DNA of 43,059 bases from Dehalococcoidia bacterium (GCA_034430255.1 DAOUEU010000046.1:1-43059), one strand, 5' to 3'; numbered from the stretch's first letter, positions 8,780 to 18,924 are shown. The notes: generated from the sequence alone by a model not told the origin. A program made the numbers and translations.

Positions 8780-9404
8780 GGATTTCCCTTTGGCCTGTCG
8801 ATTTCCTGACGGTAACCAGCCCGTTTCTGGCACCGGGCACTCCACCGCGAACCAGGAGCAGGTTGCGGTCAGCATCCGCCTCGATCACCTTGAGGTGACG
8901 CACTGTCACCCGCTCACTCCCCATATGACCAGGCATCTTTTTCCCCTTGAGCACCCTGCCCGGGCTGGTGGTTGCCCCTATGGAGCCCGGGGCGCGATGA
9001 CGGTCTGATTGACCGTGGGTCTTGGGGCCACCAGCGAAATGGTGACGCTTCACCACTCCGGCGAAGCCTTTCCCCTTAGAGATACCGGTGACATCGACAA
9101 GGTCGCCGGGCTTGAAGATGCTCACATCCACAACCTGTCCTAGCTGTATAGAAGCGATATCTTCAGCCGCAAACTCCCTGAGGTGCTTAAACATACCCAA
9201 CTTTTTGAGATGCCCCTTCTCTGGAGAATTGAGGCGTTTCGCCTCGCCAAAGCCAAGCTGAATGGCATCGTAGCCCTCTTTTTCCACCCGCTTAATCTGT
9301 GTCACCAGGCACGGGCCGGCGGCGATGGCGGTAACCTGCGCCACCGTTCTATCATCCATAAAAATCTGGGTCATCCCCAGCTTTCGCCCGATAATTCCTT
9401 GCAT
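8772..9404 (-). CDS. rplC: 50S ribosomal protein L3
   Basis: MQGIIGRKLGMTQIF...GKGFAGVVKRHHFAGGPKTHGQSDRHRAPGSIG matches L3. Confidence 0.97.
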   Translation of the reverse strand: MQGIIGRKLGMTQIFMDDRTVAQVTAIAAGPCLVTQIKRVEKEGYDAIQLGFGEAKRLNSPEKGHLKKLGMFKHLREFAAEDIASIQLGQVVDVSIFKPGDLVDVTGISKGKGFAGVVKRHHFAGGPKTHGQSDRHRAPGSIGATTSPGRVLKGKKMPGHMGSERVTVRHLKVIEADADRNLLLVRGGVPGARNGLVTVRKSTGQREILV

Positions 9405-9499
9405 TATCTTTTCGAGCTATCCGTGCCCTTTCTTTCTATTCACTCGCTTTTTACACACATGTATGGCCTTGTTCTCTATCGAGTCGCTCTTTCTAACTC

Positions 9500-9808
9500 C
9501 TAAAGCTTGATCTCTATATCGACCCCTGCCGGTAGATCCAGCCGTGTCAGCACATCGACCGTCCTGGAGGAGGGCTCAAGGATATCGATCAGTCGCTTGT
9601 GGGTACGAATCTCAAACTGCTCCCTGGAGTCCTTGTCAACATGGGGAGAGCGGATTACACAGAATTTTTTAATACGTGTAGGCAGTGGTACCGGGCCTAC
9701 TACCTTAGCCCCGGTCTGCTCTGCGGCCTCCACGATTTGCCCGGCCGATTGATCCAATATGCGATGGTCGTATGCCTTAAGTTTAATGCGAATCTTCTGT
9801 TTGGGCAT
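9500..9808 (-). CDS. rpsJ: 30S ribosomal protein S10
   Basis: [21 protein letters not shown]...RLIDILEPS matches S10. The ATG overlaps the fusA TGA (TGATG). Confidence 0.97.
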   Translation of the reverse strand: MPKQKIRIKLKAYDHRILDQSAGQIVEAAEQTGAKVVGPVPLPTRIKKFCVIRSPHVDKDSREQFEIRTHKRLIDILEPSSRTVDVLTRLDLPAGVDIEIKL

Positions 9809-11889
9809 CAGGCCACTCCCCCTACTTTGACTGTAAGCTGAACAGCCAGAGGTTGGGGCAACTCCTCATAGCGATGTAACTCCATGGCGAAGGTCGCTCT
9901 CCCTTGGCTCATCGACCTGAGGTCGGTAGCATAGCCGAAGGTCTCTGCGAGAGGGATAAAGCACTGGATTATCTTGGTGTCACCACGGCTATCTAAACTG
10001 GTGACATGCCCCCTCCTCGAGTTAAGGTCTCCAAGGATATCGCCCATGAATGCTTCTGGAGTGACTACTTCTATTTTCATAACAGGCTCAAGGATCGTGG
10101 GCTTGGCCTTCTTCACTCCTTCCTTTAGCGCCATAGCACCAGCCATCTTGAAGGCTATCTCAGATGAATCAACCTCATGAAAGCTACCATCATATAGGGT
10201 AGCTCTGATATCTACCAGGGGGTAGCCAGCCAGAACGCCACCCTCCATAGCCCCCCTGACCCCGCTCTCAACAGCCGGTATGTATTGCTTGGGAATAATA
10301 CCACCTTTAATTCCGTTAACAAACTCAAAGCCGCTCCCACGTTCTCCTGGGTGAAGCTCTATCCATACATGACCGTATTGCCCCCGGCCACCAGACTGTT
10401 TGATGAATCTGCCCTCCACCTTTACCGGCACCGTAATGGTCTCTCTATAGGAAACCCGGGGCTTGCCAACATTTGCCCCTACCTGGTACTCACGCAGCAG
10501 CCGTTCTACGATGACCTCGAGGTGAAGCTCACCCATGCCTGAAATAATCGTCTGCCCTGTTTCTTGGTCATATCGTGTAATGAAAGTGGGATCCTCCTGG
10601 GATAATTTAGTCAGGGCATCATCTAGGCGATCCTGATCTACCCTTGATTTTGGCTCGATTGTCACTGATATCACCGGCTGTGGGAAGCGAATCGTCTCCA
10701 GTACGATGGGCGCACTACTGTGACATAGCGTATCACCGGTGAAAGTGTCTTTCAAACCCGAGGTGGCTGCGATATCACCTGCCTCGACCAGCTTGATCTC
10801 CTCACGACGATTGGCATGCATCTGCAGCAACCTCCCGATTCTCTCCCGACGCTCCCTTCTGGAGTTATAGACCTGAGCCCCAGACTCTATCTTCCCTGAA
10901 TAAACCCTGAAATAGACCAGTCTGCCGATAAAAGGGTCGGAGACTACCTTAAATGCCAGGGCAGCGAAGGGAAGCCCATCGGAAGGGGAGCGCTTAAGCT
11001 CCTTCCCATTCCTGGGGTCAATGCCTATCACCGGTGGCACATCAATGGGTGAGGGAAGATATGAAACAACGGCATCCAGCATGGGCTGGACACCGTTGTT
11101 CCGCAGGGCACTGCCACAAAGAACAGGTACCACGCTATTTGCTATGGTAGCACGCCTGAGGGCTTCTTCAATAGCTGAGTTATTTATAGCTCTCCCATCT
11201 AAATAGAGAGTCATCAACTGATCATCGCTTTCGGCGAGCCTCTCTATCATCTCATCTCTATACCTAGCTGAGACCTCCTCGTAATCATGAGGAATATCTT
11301 CTGCCACGGGGCTTCTACTTGGATCAACTGAGAAAACCCAGACCCTTTGCGCCACTAGATCGATAACACCCTTAAAGGAGTTCTCAGTTCCCAGTGGTAA
11401 TTGTATTGGTAGGGCATTTGCACCAAGCCGCTCCCTAATCATGGCTACGGTACGGTGGAAATCAGCACCTAAGCGGTCCATCTTGTTCACGAAGCAAATC
11501 CGGGGAACACCGTAGCGATCCGCCTGCCTCCAGACCGTCTCCGACTGGGGCTCAACGCCAGCCACTGCATCGAAGACAACGACGCCCCCATCGAGCACCC
11601 GAAGACTTCGTTCCACCTCTGCGGTAAAGTCAACATGCCCGGGGGTATCGATAATGTTGATGCGATGGTCCAGCCACTGGCAGGTAGTAGCGGCAGCGGT
11701 AATTGTTATCCCCCGCTCTCTCTCCTGCGCCATCCAGTCCATGACTGTGGTGCCATCGTCCACATCACCCAGCTTATAGGTGCGGCCGGTATAGTAAAGT
11801 ATCCTCTCAGTAAGTGTCGTTTTGCCCGCATCGATATGGGCAATGATACCGATATTCCTGATACGCTCCAGATTAAATGTCCTTGACAT
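9808..11889 (-). CDS. fusA: Elongation factor G
   Basis: [31 protein letters not shown]...DTPGHVDF...NKMD are GTPase motifs. The length (~693 aa) and position after rpsG fit EF-G. I chose the ATG at 11889; an alternative GTG lies at 11901. Confidence 0.95.
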   Translation of the reverse strand: MSRTFNLERIRNIGIIAHIDAGKTTLTERILYYTGRTYKLGDVDDGTTVMDWMAQERERGITITAAATTCQWLDHRINIIDTPGHVDFTAEVERSLRVLDGGVVVFDAVAGVEPQSETVWRQADRYGVPRICFVNKMDRLGADFHRTVAMIRERLGANALPIQLPLGTENSFKGVIDLVAQRVWVFSVDPSRSPVAEDIPHDYEEVSARYRDEMIERLAESDDQLMTLYLDGRAINNSAIEEALRRATIANSVVPVLCGSALRNNGVQPMLDAVVSYLPSPIDVPPVIGIDPRNGKELKRSPSDGLPFAALAFKVVSDPFIGRLVYFRVYSGKIESGAQVYNSRRERRERIGRLLQMHANRREEIKLVEAGDIAATSGLKDTFTGDTLCHSSAPIVLETIRFPQPVISVTIEPKSRVDQDRLDDALTKLSQEDPTFITRYDQETGQTIISGMGELHLEVIVERLLREYQVGANVGKPRVSYRETITVPVKVEGRFIKQSGGRGQYGHVWIELHPGERGSGFEFVNGIKGGIIPKQYIPAVESGVRGAMEGGVLAGYPLVDIRATLYDGSFHEVDSSEIAFKMAGAMALKEGVKKAKPTILEPVMKIEVVTPEAFMGDILGDLNSRRGHVTSLDSRGDTKIIQCFIPLAETFGYATDLRSMSQGRATFAMELHRYEELPQPLAVQLTVKVGGVA

Positions 11890-11894
11890 AGTCC

Positions 11895-12365
11895 TCACCA
11901 CCGATAATGAACAAAGGCCCGATTTGCCTCCGCCATCCTATGGGTATCATCGCGCTTTTTAATAGTGGCCCCCTGCCGCTGTGCAGCATCCAAGACCTCC
12001 GCTGCTAGCTTCTCTGCCATTGACTTACCCCCACGACCCCGAGCTGCTTCGATGAGCCAGCGTATTGCCAGAGCCAGGCCACGATCAGCCCTCACCTCTA
12101 CGGGCACCTGATAAGTAGCACCACCAACTCGACGTGGCTTAACCTTAAGAAGTGGGGTGGCATTCTTAACCGCTCGCTCAAGGGTATCCACAGGTTGCTC
12201 TTTCACCTGCTCCGCAATAATATTGAGGGCATCATATACGATTCGCTCCGCGGTACTCTTCTTTCCCCTGGTCATCACCCTATTGATAAGTCTGGACACT
12301 ACTACATTCTGATAACGCGGGTCAGGGGATATATCCCTTTTTGTAGTCCTTGCTCTTCTGGGCAT
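11895..12365 (-). CDS. rpsG: 30S ribosomal protein S7
   Basis: [20 protein letters not shown]...AFVHYRW matches S7. The ATG at 12365 lies 1 nt after the rpsL TAA. The ORF-track start at 12455 is over-extended into rpsL. Confidence 0.95.
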   Translation of the reverse strand: MPRRARTTKRDISPDPRYQNVVVSRLINRVMTRGKKSTAERIVYDALNIIAEQVKEQPVDTLERAVKNATPLLKVKPRRVGGATYQVPVEVRADRGLALAIRWLIEAARGRGGKSMAEKLAAEVLDAAQRQGATIKKRDDTHRMAEANRAFVHYRW

Positions 12366-12366
12366 T

Positions 12367-12795
12367 TTACTCTCCGCCGGAGCGCCTGGACTGCTTCGTC
12401 CCATACTTGCTGCGTCCCCGCTGCCTATTCTCCACACCACCGGTATCCAGAGCACCCCTAATAATGTGATACCTCACCCCAGGCAGATCCTTTACACGAC
12501 CACCTCGAAGTAGGACGACCGAGTGCTCTTGAAGGGTATGACCCTCACCAGGTATATAGGCAGTCACCTCCATCCCATTAGTTAGCCGAACGCGTGCCAC
12601 CTTGCGCAATGCTGAATTGGGTTTCTTCGGTGTTACCGTCTTGACCTGTGTGCAGACACCTCGCCTCTGTGGAGATCCCTCCACCTGCAGCATCCGCCCC
12701 TTTAGCGCATTGTAAGTATAGTGCAGTGCCGGCGTCCTGGTCTTAGTACCTGCCTTCTTACGCCCCTTACGAACCAGTTGGTTAACGGTTGGCAC
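12367..12795 (-). CDS. rpsL: 30S ribosomal protein S12
   Basis: (M)[13 protein letters not shown]...[20 protein letters not shown]...[14 protein letters not shown] matches S12. The GTG at 12795 has GGAGG 5 nt upstream. Confidence 0.95.
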   Translation of the reverse strand: MPTVNQLVRKGRKKAGTKTRTPALHYTYNALKGRMLQVEGSPQRRGVCTQVKTVTPKKPNSALRKVARVRLTNGMEVTAYIPGEGHTLQEHSVVLLRGGRVKDLPGVRYHIIRGALDTGGVENRQRGRSKYGTKQSRRSGGE

Positions 12796-12910
12796 ATATA
12801 CCTCCAAATCATAGTTAAAGGCCGAAAGCCTTAAAGCTGAGCTGCCTTACTGGCCCGGCCCTCATGACCTTTCGACCTCTGTCAGGCTAGCCTCTGAGCA
12901 CTAGCTTATT

Positions 12911-12939
12911 AATTTACCACTATTTAATAAATGTGTCAA
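12911..12939 (-). promoter_or_regulatory. Putative sigma-70-type promoter of the str/S10/spc superoperon
   Basis: The reverse strand reads TTGACA (12939-12934), then a 17-nt spacer, then TAAATT (12916-12911). This lies ~115 nt upstream of the rpsL GTG. A AAGGC-cgaaa-GCCTT hairpin sits in the leader just before the RBS. Confidence 0.45.
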
Positions 12940-12977
12940 GTATTTGAATATGTAATAGAGAGTATGATGCAAGGGAG

Positions 12978-13230
12978 GTGAGGTGGGAGGGTGTAGACAT
13001 CGTAGTTAAGACGGAGGGGTTACCTAAAAGAGGGCCCTGCCCTTGTTGCGGATGCATATACTTTTATAGCCACTCTAGGGGCAAAATAAGGAAGTTGCTC
13101 TATAGCTGGAGCGATGGCAGGAGTATCTGTCTTGAGCTACGACGCAAGCCCGGCCGGTGCCTTAAATGAGGATACTTTTACAGCTAGGGCGAAGGCCTAT
13201 TACGAACATACTCTAGTGTTACCAGGGCGC
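12978..13230 (+). pseudogene. Possible decayed N-terminal fragment of an ISL3-family transposase (zf-ISL3-like)
   Basis: The 63-aa ORF contains ...GPCPCCGCIYFYSHSRGKIRKLLYSWSDGRSICLELRRKPGRC, which resembles the ISL3 N-terminal zinc-finger pattern CPxCG...h...R.l..l...g..v.L.l...R..C. After a stop, the similarity may continue in the +1 frame (LNEDTFTARAKA). No DDE domain and no terminal inverted repeats were seen. Confidence 0.3.
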
Positions 13231-13261
13231 AAACTCCTTGACTGTTACCCTAGTGAGGCTT

Positions 13262-14047
13262 ATGCTAAACCTGATGAAGCGTCGACTCGATCTGCTTCTG
13301 GTAAAACGTGGACTGACAGAGAGCAGGGTCAAGGCAAACGCCCTGATTATGGCGGGCGATGTTCTGGTCAATGAGAGGGTAATCGACAGACCATCCACCC
13401 AGGTGAGGGAGGATGTCCGCATCCGCCTGCGCCATAAGCCTCTCTTCGTGAGCAGAGGGGGCATTAAGCTAGCCCATGCCCTGGATTTGTTTCACATAGA
13501 TGTTAGTTCACTGGTGGCACTCGATGTCGGCGCATCAGCCGGGGGATTCACCGACTGTCTGCTGAAACGTGGCGCCAGCAGGGTATATGCTGTCGATGTC
13601 GGCTATGGACAACTAGACTACCGATTGAGGGTGGAGCCCCGGGTGGTTATCATGGAACGGTTGAACGCTCGCTATCCCTTCGCATTGCCCGAACCGGTAG
13701 ATTGTGCAACTGTAGACCTATCCTTCATCTCACTGGAGAAGGTAGTGCCCAATGTTACTAAATTGGTAAAGCCAGGGGGCAATGTAATCTGCCTGGTCAA
13801 GCCCCAGTTTGAGTTAGGACGGGCTCAAGTGGGCAGGGGAGGACTGGTCAAGGATCCCTTGCTTCACGCCCGTGCCCTGGGGAGATTTATCTCCTGGGCA
13901 ATCGAATTGGGTGAAATGGAATTGAGTGAGAGCGGACAAAGTATGAGGGGGGAATACGAAAGAGGGTTTAGGCTCATCGGGCTTACCCCGTCACCTATAC
14001 TGGGGGCCTCAGGAAATCGCGAATTTTTCGTTCTATTTAAGGTGTAG
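13262..14047 (+). CDS. tlyA: TlyA-family rRNA 2'-O-methyltransferase (hemolysin A-like): S4 domain plus FtsJ-like methyltransferase
   Basis: MKRRLDLLLVKRGLTESRVKANALIMAGDVLVNERV is an S4-like motif, and ALDVGASAGGFTDCLLKRGA is a SAM-binding motif. The start is ambiguous among TTG 13238, ATG 13262 and ATG 13274. Confidence 0.88.
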   Translation: MLNLMKRRLDLLLVKRGLTESRVKANALIMAGDVLVNERVIDRPSTQVREDVRIRLRHKPLFVSRGGIKLAHALDLFHIDVSSLVALDVGASAGGFTDCLLKRGASRVYAVDVGYGQLDYRLRVEPRVVIMERLNARYPFALPEPVDCATVDLSFISLEKVVPNVTKLVKPGGNVICLVKPQFELGRAQVGRGGLVKDPLLHARALGRFISWAIELGEMELSESGQSMRGEYERGFRLIGLTPSPILGASGNREFFVLFKV

Positions 14048-14049
14048 CG

Positions 14050-14823
14050 ATGCAGCACCAGTTTATATCTATCCAATCGGATGGCATTGAACTTAGGGGC
14101 CGGGTCTATATTCCATATTCGCAGTATTCGAAACCTGTCCCCGCTCTATGCCTGTGCCACGGCATTCCTAGAGGTGGTCCCCCTGACCTTGGCGGTCCAG
14201 GCTATCCAGCTCTTGCCCAGAGATTCTCTAAGAACGGGTTTTTAACTGCCATATTTAACTTCAGGGGGACAGGCGATAGCGAGGGCAACTTCGATATTGC
14301 TGGCTGGACCCGGGACCTGGTGGCTGCGCTTGATTATCTTTGCCACAGGAGTGATGTGGACAGAGGTAGAATCTCCGTCATGGGCTTTAGCGCTGGCGCT
14401 GCTGTATCCGTGTACGTTGCCTCCCAGGACTTCAGGGTTCATTCCATCATAATTTGCGCCTGCCCCACCCATTTTCATTTCGCCGACGACAGCAAGGGCG
14501 CAGATTCCGCCATCGCGCAATTTCGCCGTGCCGGCGTCATCAAGGACCGTGGTTTTCCGCCATCGGTAGCATATTGGATAGCTGGCTTCAACAAGGTGAA
14601 ACCCATTGAGTGGATCGAAAAAATTTCACCGAGGCCGCTACTTATTATCCATGGTACACAGGACGACGTTGTGTACCCCTCGAGCGCCCGGGAACTCTAT
14701 GAGCGGGCGGGTGAACCCAAGCAGATCGTGATGATTGAGGGTGCCGGTCACCGGCTTCGTCTCGAGGAGCGGGCAATGGATTGCGCGCTAAACTGGCTCA
14801 CCGCCCGTAACTTTATAGATTGA
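14050..14823 (+). CDS. Alpha/beta hydrolase (dienelactone hydrolase/S9-like)
   Basis: GFSAGAA forms a nucleophile elbow (GxSxG). IIHGTQDDVV...GAGHRL supply the Asp and His. The ATG lies 2 nt after the tlyA stop. Confidence 0.8.
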   Translation: MQHQFISIQSDGIELRGRVYIPYSQYSKPVPALCLCHGIPRGGPPDLGGPGYPALAQRFSKNGFLTAIFNFRGTGDSEGNFDIAGWTRDLVAALDYLCHRSDVDRGRISVMGFSAGAAVSVYVASQDFRVHSIIICACPTHFHFADDSKGADSAIAQFRRAGVIKDRGFPPSVAYWIAGFNKVKPIEWIEKISPRPLLIIHGTQDDVVYPSSARELYERAGEPKQIVMIEGAGHRLRLEERAMDCALNWLTARNFID

Positions 14824-14874
14824 CCCTGTCCAAGAGAAGGCGCTATAATAGTATAGGAGTCCATAAAAAGACGC

Positions 14875-16269
14875 ATGAAAGAGTGCTGCGCCCTTTTCGG
14901 GGTCTATGCACCGGGCGATGATGTAGCCAGGCTCACCTTCTTTGGTCTATACTCACTCCAACACCGTGGCCAGGAGAGCTCTGGCATCGCAACCGCCGAT
15001 GGGGAGCAGATTCATGTGCATACCAAGATGGGGCTGGTAGCTCAGGCCTTCGATGAGGGGGTACTAAGCCAACTTGGTGGCGACATAGCCATCGGACATA
15101 ATCGGTATTCCACAACTGGCTCAAGCCATGCCGGTAACGCCCAGCCCATTGTGGTCGAGGGCCCAGCAGGCAGACTCGCCCTCGGGCATAACGGCAACAT
15201 CGTAAATGCCAGAGAGCTGCGCCAGCAGCTTGAGGAGCAGGGCTACACCTTCACCACTACCACAGACTCCGAGATTATCGCTTACCTGATTCTCTCCTCC
15301 ACCAAAAAGACATGGACCGAGCGGATCCGACATGCTATGAAGAGGCTGGTAGGTGCCTATTCCCTTGTGCTCCTGACCGAGGATGCTCTATACGGGGTTC
15401 GCGACCCGCTCGGGGTTCGCCCCCTTTGCCTAGGTAAGCTCAATGGTGGTTGGGTGCTCGCCTCGGAAAGCTGCGCCCTGGACCATATCGGGGCTAAATT
15501 CATACGCGATATTGAGCCCGGTGAGATAGTGTTAATTGATGCCAAAGGTTTGAAAAGCTACAAGGACAGGAGAAACACCACAAAGCGGGGCTTATGCATT
15601 TTCGAATATATCTACTTCGCCCGACCCGATAGCATTATTTCTGGACGACGTGTCTATTCGGCCAGGGAGGCAATGGGGGCAAAGCTTGCCCAAGAGCACC
15701 CGGTTGCTGCCGACATGGTGATTGGAGTCCCTGACTCGGCAACCGCCGCCGGTATTGGTTACTCCCAGGCGTCGGGCATCCCCTTTACGGAGGGGCTATT
15801 AAAGAATCGCTATGTTGGACGCACCTTCATCATGCCCGACCAGCGAATCAGGGAGCTTGGCGTTAAACTCAAGTTCAATCCAATGCCGGAGAGGCTGGAG
15901 GGAAAGAGTGTGGTGCTGGTTGATGATAGCATCGTCAGGGGCACCACTACACCACGGGTGATCGCTCTACTCAGGCGAGGTGGTGTAAAGGAGGTCCACA
16001 TGCGCATCTGCGCCCCACCAATTCGGCACCCCTGCTTCCTTGGTGTGGACATGGCTAGCAGTTGGGAACTAATTGCTGCCTATAAAGAGGTCCCCGAGAT
16101 CGCCCAGTTCATCGGCGCAGACACCCTGGGCTACCTGAGCATAGAAGGGCTCATCGAATCGATTGCTCTTCCCAGGGAGCTGTTCTGCCTCGCCTGTTTC
16201 ACCGGCGATTATCCGGTGCCGGTGCAGCTGGGTATGGATAAGCTGGCTCTGGAGCCTCTCAAGGAGTAA
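14875..16269 (+). CDS. purF: Amidophosphoribosyltransferase
   Basis: MKECCALFGVY has the Ntn Cys, followed by HRGQESSGIA and a PRPP loop (VVLVDDSIVRGTT). C-terminal Cys residues (CFLGV, CLACFTGDYP) are consistent with the 4Fe-4S type. Confidence 0.95.
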   Translation: MKECCALFGVYAPGDDVARLTFFGLYSLQHRGQESSGIATADGEQIHVHTKMGLVAQAFDEGVLSQLGGDIAIGHNRYSTTGSSHAGNAQPIVVEGPAGRLALGHNGNIVNARELRQQLEEQGYTFTTTTDSEIIAYLILSSTKKTWTERIRHAMKRLVGAYSLVLLTEDALYGVRDPLGVRPLCLGKLNGGWVLASESCALDHIGAKFIRDIEPGEIVLIDAKGLKSYKDRRNTTKRGLCIFEYIYFARPDSIISGRRVYSAREAMGAKLAQEHPVAADMVIGVPDSATAAGIGYSQASGIPFTEGLLKNRYVGRTFIMPDQRIRELGVKLKFNPMPERLEGKSVVLVDDSIVRGTTTPRVIALLRRGGVKEVHMRICAPPIRHPCFLGVDMASSWELIAAYKEVPEIAQFIGADTLGYLSIEGLIESIALPRELFCLACFTGDYPVPVQLGMDKLALEPLKE

Positions 16270-16272
16270 TTT

Positions 16273-17286
16273 TTGGGTGCCAAGAGAGGAACCTATCGAG
16301 ACGCAGGTGTGGACATCGATGCCGCCGACAGAATAGTAAAGGTTGCACGCAAACAGGCACACGCCACCTTTACCCCCGAGGTCATAGGTGACCTCGGTTT
16401 TTTTGGTGGGCTCTTTGAGCTCAAGGGATATAAAGAGCCGGTTATCGTATCAAGTACCGACGGGGTGGGCACGAAGCTGAAGATTGCCTGTGCTGTGGAT
16501 AAGCATGATACTATAGGCATGGACTTGGTAAACCACTGCGTGAACGATATCCTGACCTGCGGCGCTACTCCCCTCTTCTTCCAAGACTATATCGCTATGG
16601 CCAAGCTGATCCCTAAGACCCTGAAAAGCATTATCGAAGGGATGGCTCATGCATTGTCCGAGGTGGGTTGCGCTCTGATAGGCGGCGAGACTGCTGAGAT
16701 GCCGGGGCTCTACCCCGAAGGGGAATACGACCTTGTTGGGTTTATCGTTGGGGTGGTGGAGAAAAAAAACATCATCGATGGAAGTCTAATCAAGGTTGGT
16801 GACCCCATTATCGGCCTACCCTCAAGCGGCCTCCATACCAATGGCTATTCACTGGCACGTAAAGTATTTAACGCTGAACGTTTAACATTAAACACGTTTT
16901 ATCCTGAGTTCGGGCGCACCCTCGGAGAGGAGTTACTAGAGCCACATCGCTGCTACTATCCCGCAATCAAGCCGTTGCTTCCTCAAATTAAGGGGCTTGC
17001 TCATATCACCGGAGGGGGCATCTATGGCAACCTTCCCCGCATCCTTCCAAAGGGCCTAGCGGCTATAATCGAGCGGGGGGCTTGGGAAGTCCCTCCAATA
17101 TTCTGGTTAATTAAACAGCAGGGCAATGTAGAGGAGCAGGAGATGTTCCGCGTTTTTAATATGGGGATAGGTATGGCCGTAGTTACTGCCCCAGGGGACG
17201 CGGCCATGCTAATTAAAGAGATACCGGGTGCCAGGCTCATCGGCGAGGTGATACAGCAAAAGGAGGGAAAGCGGGTAGTCATATAG
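16273..17286 (+). CDS. purM: Phosphoribosylformylglycinamidine cyclo-ligase (AIR synthetase)
   Basis: TYRDAGVDIDAAD...STDGVGTKLKIA...GGETAEMPG match PurM. The start is a TTG with AAGGAG 6 nt upstream. Confidence 0.94.
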   Translation: MGAKRGTYRDAGVDIDAADRIVKVARKQAHATFTPEVIGDLGFFGGLFELKGYKEPVIVSSTDGVGTKLKIACAVDKHDTIGMDLVNHCVNDILTCGATPLFFQDYIAMAKLIPKTLKSIIEGMAHALSEVGCALIGGETAEMPGLYPEGEYDLVGFIVGVVEKKNIIDGSLIKVGDPIIGLPSSGLHTNGYSLARKVFNAERLTLNTFYPEFGRTLGEELLEPHRCYYPAIKPLLPQIKGLAHITGGGIYGNLPRILPKGLAAIIERGAWEVPPIFWLIKQQGNVEEQEMFRVFNMGIGMAVVTAPGDAAMLIKEIPGARLIGEVIQQKEGKRVVI

Positions 17287-17394
17287 TACATCTTAGACCC
17301 TTGGATAACTCGGATCGAAGCAAAGAATCCAAAAATACTTCACTATCATAGCAGTATGACAATTTAAAAATTTTATCATAATTAGGAGGTAGCA

Positions 17395-18924
17395 GTGCGC
17401 GCTATTCTAAGCGTCTGGGACAAAACCGGGCTGGTCGATTTCGCCCGCGGGCTAAATGAAATGGGGGTGGAGATATTCAGCACTGGAGGCACCAAGAGGG
17501 CACTGGAGGAAGCAGGAGTGCCTGTGCGTGGCGTGAGCGAGATGACTGGATTCCCTGAGATCCTCGACGGCCGGGTGAAGACTCTTCATCCCATGGTACA
17601 CGGTGGCATCCTCGCTCGAAGAGACCTGGAAAGCCATGTTGCTCAAATGGCAGAGCAAGGCATTCAGCCTATAGACCTGGTAGCGGTAAACCTCTACCCC
17701 TTCGTTCAGACCGTTGCCAAAGAGGGGGTGAGCCTCGAGGAGGCGTTGGAGAATATAGACATCGGAGGGCCGACGATGATCCGCGCTGCGGCTAAGAATT
17801 TCCCTCATGTACTTGTGATAGTCGATCCTGCAGACTACGCCGCAATACTGCAGAAAATGAGTTCCGGTAAAATAGGCATATCGGAGAGAAGGAAATTAGC
17901 TGAGAAGGCCTTCCAGCACGTTGCTACTTACGATACTGCGATTTCTCGCTATCTCAGGTCACAGGACGAGTTATTTCCTCAGGAGATGACCTTCGCCGTG
18001 AAGAAGATATTAGATTTATCCTACGGTGAAAATCCACACCAGGAAGCTGCCTTATATAAAGAGGAGGTTGCTGGCAAAGGAGAACCTGGCATCGCGAGCG
18101 CTGTCCAGCTTTCCGGGAACCCCCTATCATATAACAATATTCTAGACATCGATGGTGCGCTGCGCGCAGCCTGTGATTTTTCTGATCCCACCATTGCCAT
18201 CATCAAGCATACCAACCCCTGCGGTCTGGCCTCTCACGATGACCTTGCTGAGGCCTATCGACGGGCACTTTCCGGTGACCCAGTCTCAGCCTTTGGTGGC
18301 ATTGTGGCTTCCAATAAACCTATATCCATGGCTACCGCCGAGGAGATCAATAAGACCCACTTCGATGGCATAATCGCTCCCGACTTCGAAGAAACGGCCC
18401 TTGCTCTGTTGAAAAAGAAGAGTGCCATGCGAATTCTAAAGGTGGCAGGTGTCAGAGGAAAGATGGCCGCTTTAGAGATCCGACGGGTGAGCGGCGGAGG
18501 ATTTGTCGTACAGACATCCGATTTTACTGCCGATGAGGTGCCAATGCGCACGGTAAGCAACCGCAAGCCAAACAATGAGGAAGTGAGAGACCTGCTTTTT
18601 GCCTGGCGTGCGGTGAAGCATATTAAATCCAATGCCATTGTCCTGGTCAAGGACCGCGAGCTTTTAGGTATGGGAGCCGGGCAGCCCAGCAGGGTGGATA
18701 GCGTAGCGATTGCCCTGAAAAAGGCAGGTGGCCGCGCTTTAGGCAGTGTCCTTGGCTCAGACGCCTTCTTCCCCTTCCCTGATGGTGTGGAACTCGCTGC
18801 CAGAGCAGGAATCACTGCTATCATTGAGCCTGGTGGCTCCAAACGGGACGAGGACGCCATAAAGGTAGCCAACGAATATAATATAGCCATGGTATTTACC
18901 GGTATGCGCCACTTCAAGCACTGA
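17395..18924 (+). CDS. purH: Bifunctional AICAR transformylase / IMP cyclohydrolase
   Basis: (M)RAILSVWDKTGLVDFARGL...STGGT...GRVKTLHP...GGIL and the C-terminal ...AMVFTGMRHFKH match PurH. The start is a GTG with AGGAGG 5 nt upstream. Confidence 0.96.
   Translation: MRAILSVWDKTGLVDFARGLNEMGVEIFSTGGTKRALEEAGVPVRGVSEMTGFPEILDGRVKTLHPMVHGGILARRDLESHVAQMAEQGIQPIDLVAVNLYPFVQTVAKEGVSLEEALENIDIGGPTMIRAAAKNFPHVLVIVDPADYAAILQKMSSGKIGISERRKLAEKAFQHVATYDTAISRYLRSQDELFPQEMTFAVKKILDLSYGENPHQEAALYKEEVAGKGEPGIASAVQLSGNPLSYNNILDIDGALRAACDFSDPTIAIIKHTNPCGLASHDDLAEAYRRALSGDPVSAFGGIVASNKPISMATAEEINKTHFDGIIAPDFEETALALLKKKSAMRILKVAGVRGKMAALEIRRVSGGGFVVQTSDFTADEVPMRTVSNRKPNNEEVRDLLFAWRAVKHIKSNAIVLVKDRELLGMGAGQPSRVDSVAIALKKAGGRALGSVLGSDAFFPFPDGVELAARAGITAIIEPGGSKRDEDAIKVANEYNIAMVFTGMRHFKH

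Noticed and set aside
12367-12795. A ~14-aa insertion in S12 between PAL and RGVC ([14 protein letters not shown]...).
   Set aside because: A comparable insertion exists in Bacillus-type S12 ([26 protein letters not shown]). It is therefore a lineage signature rather than a novelty.
17287-17394. purN is absent between purM and purH, and there is a possible internal promoter (ATGACA...CATAAT) in the 108-nt gap.
   Set aside because: pur gene order varies widely between lineages. The -35/-10 spacing (15 nt) and proximity to the RBS make the promoter call weak.
18255-18917. Long antisense ORFs inside well-supported genes: 220 aa opposite purH, 214 aa at 35962-36606 opposite the acyl-CoA ligase, 208 aa at 20643-21269 opposite the NAPRTase domain, and 206 aa at 38313-38933 opposite lemA/htpX.
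   Set aside because: Each lies opposite a gene with strong family motifs. None has a recognisable domain or Shine-Dalgarno site, and their compositions (Ser/Arg/Pro/Ala-rich) are typical of antisense translation.
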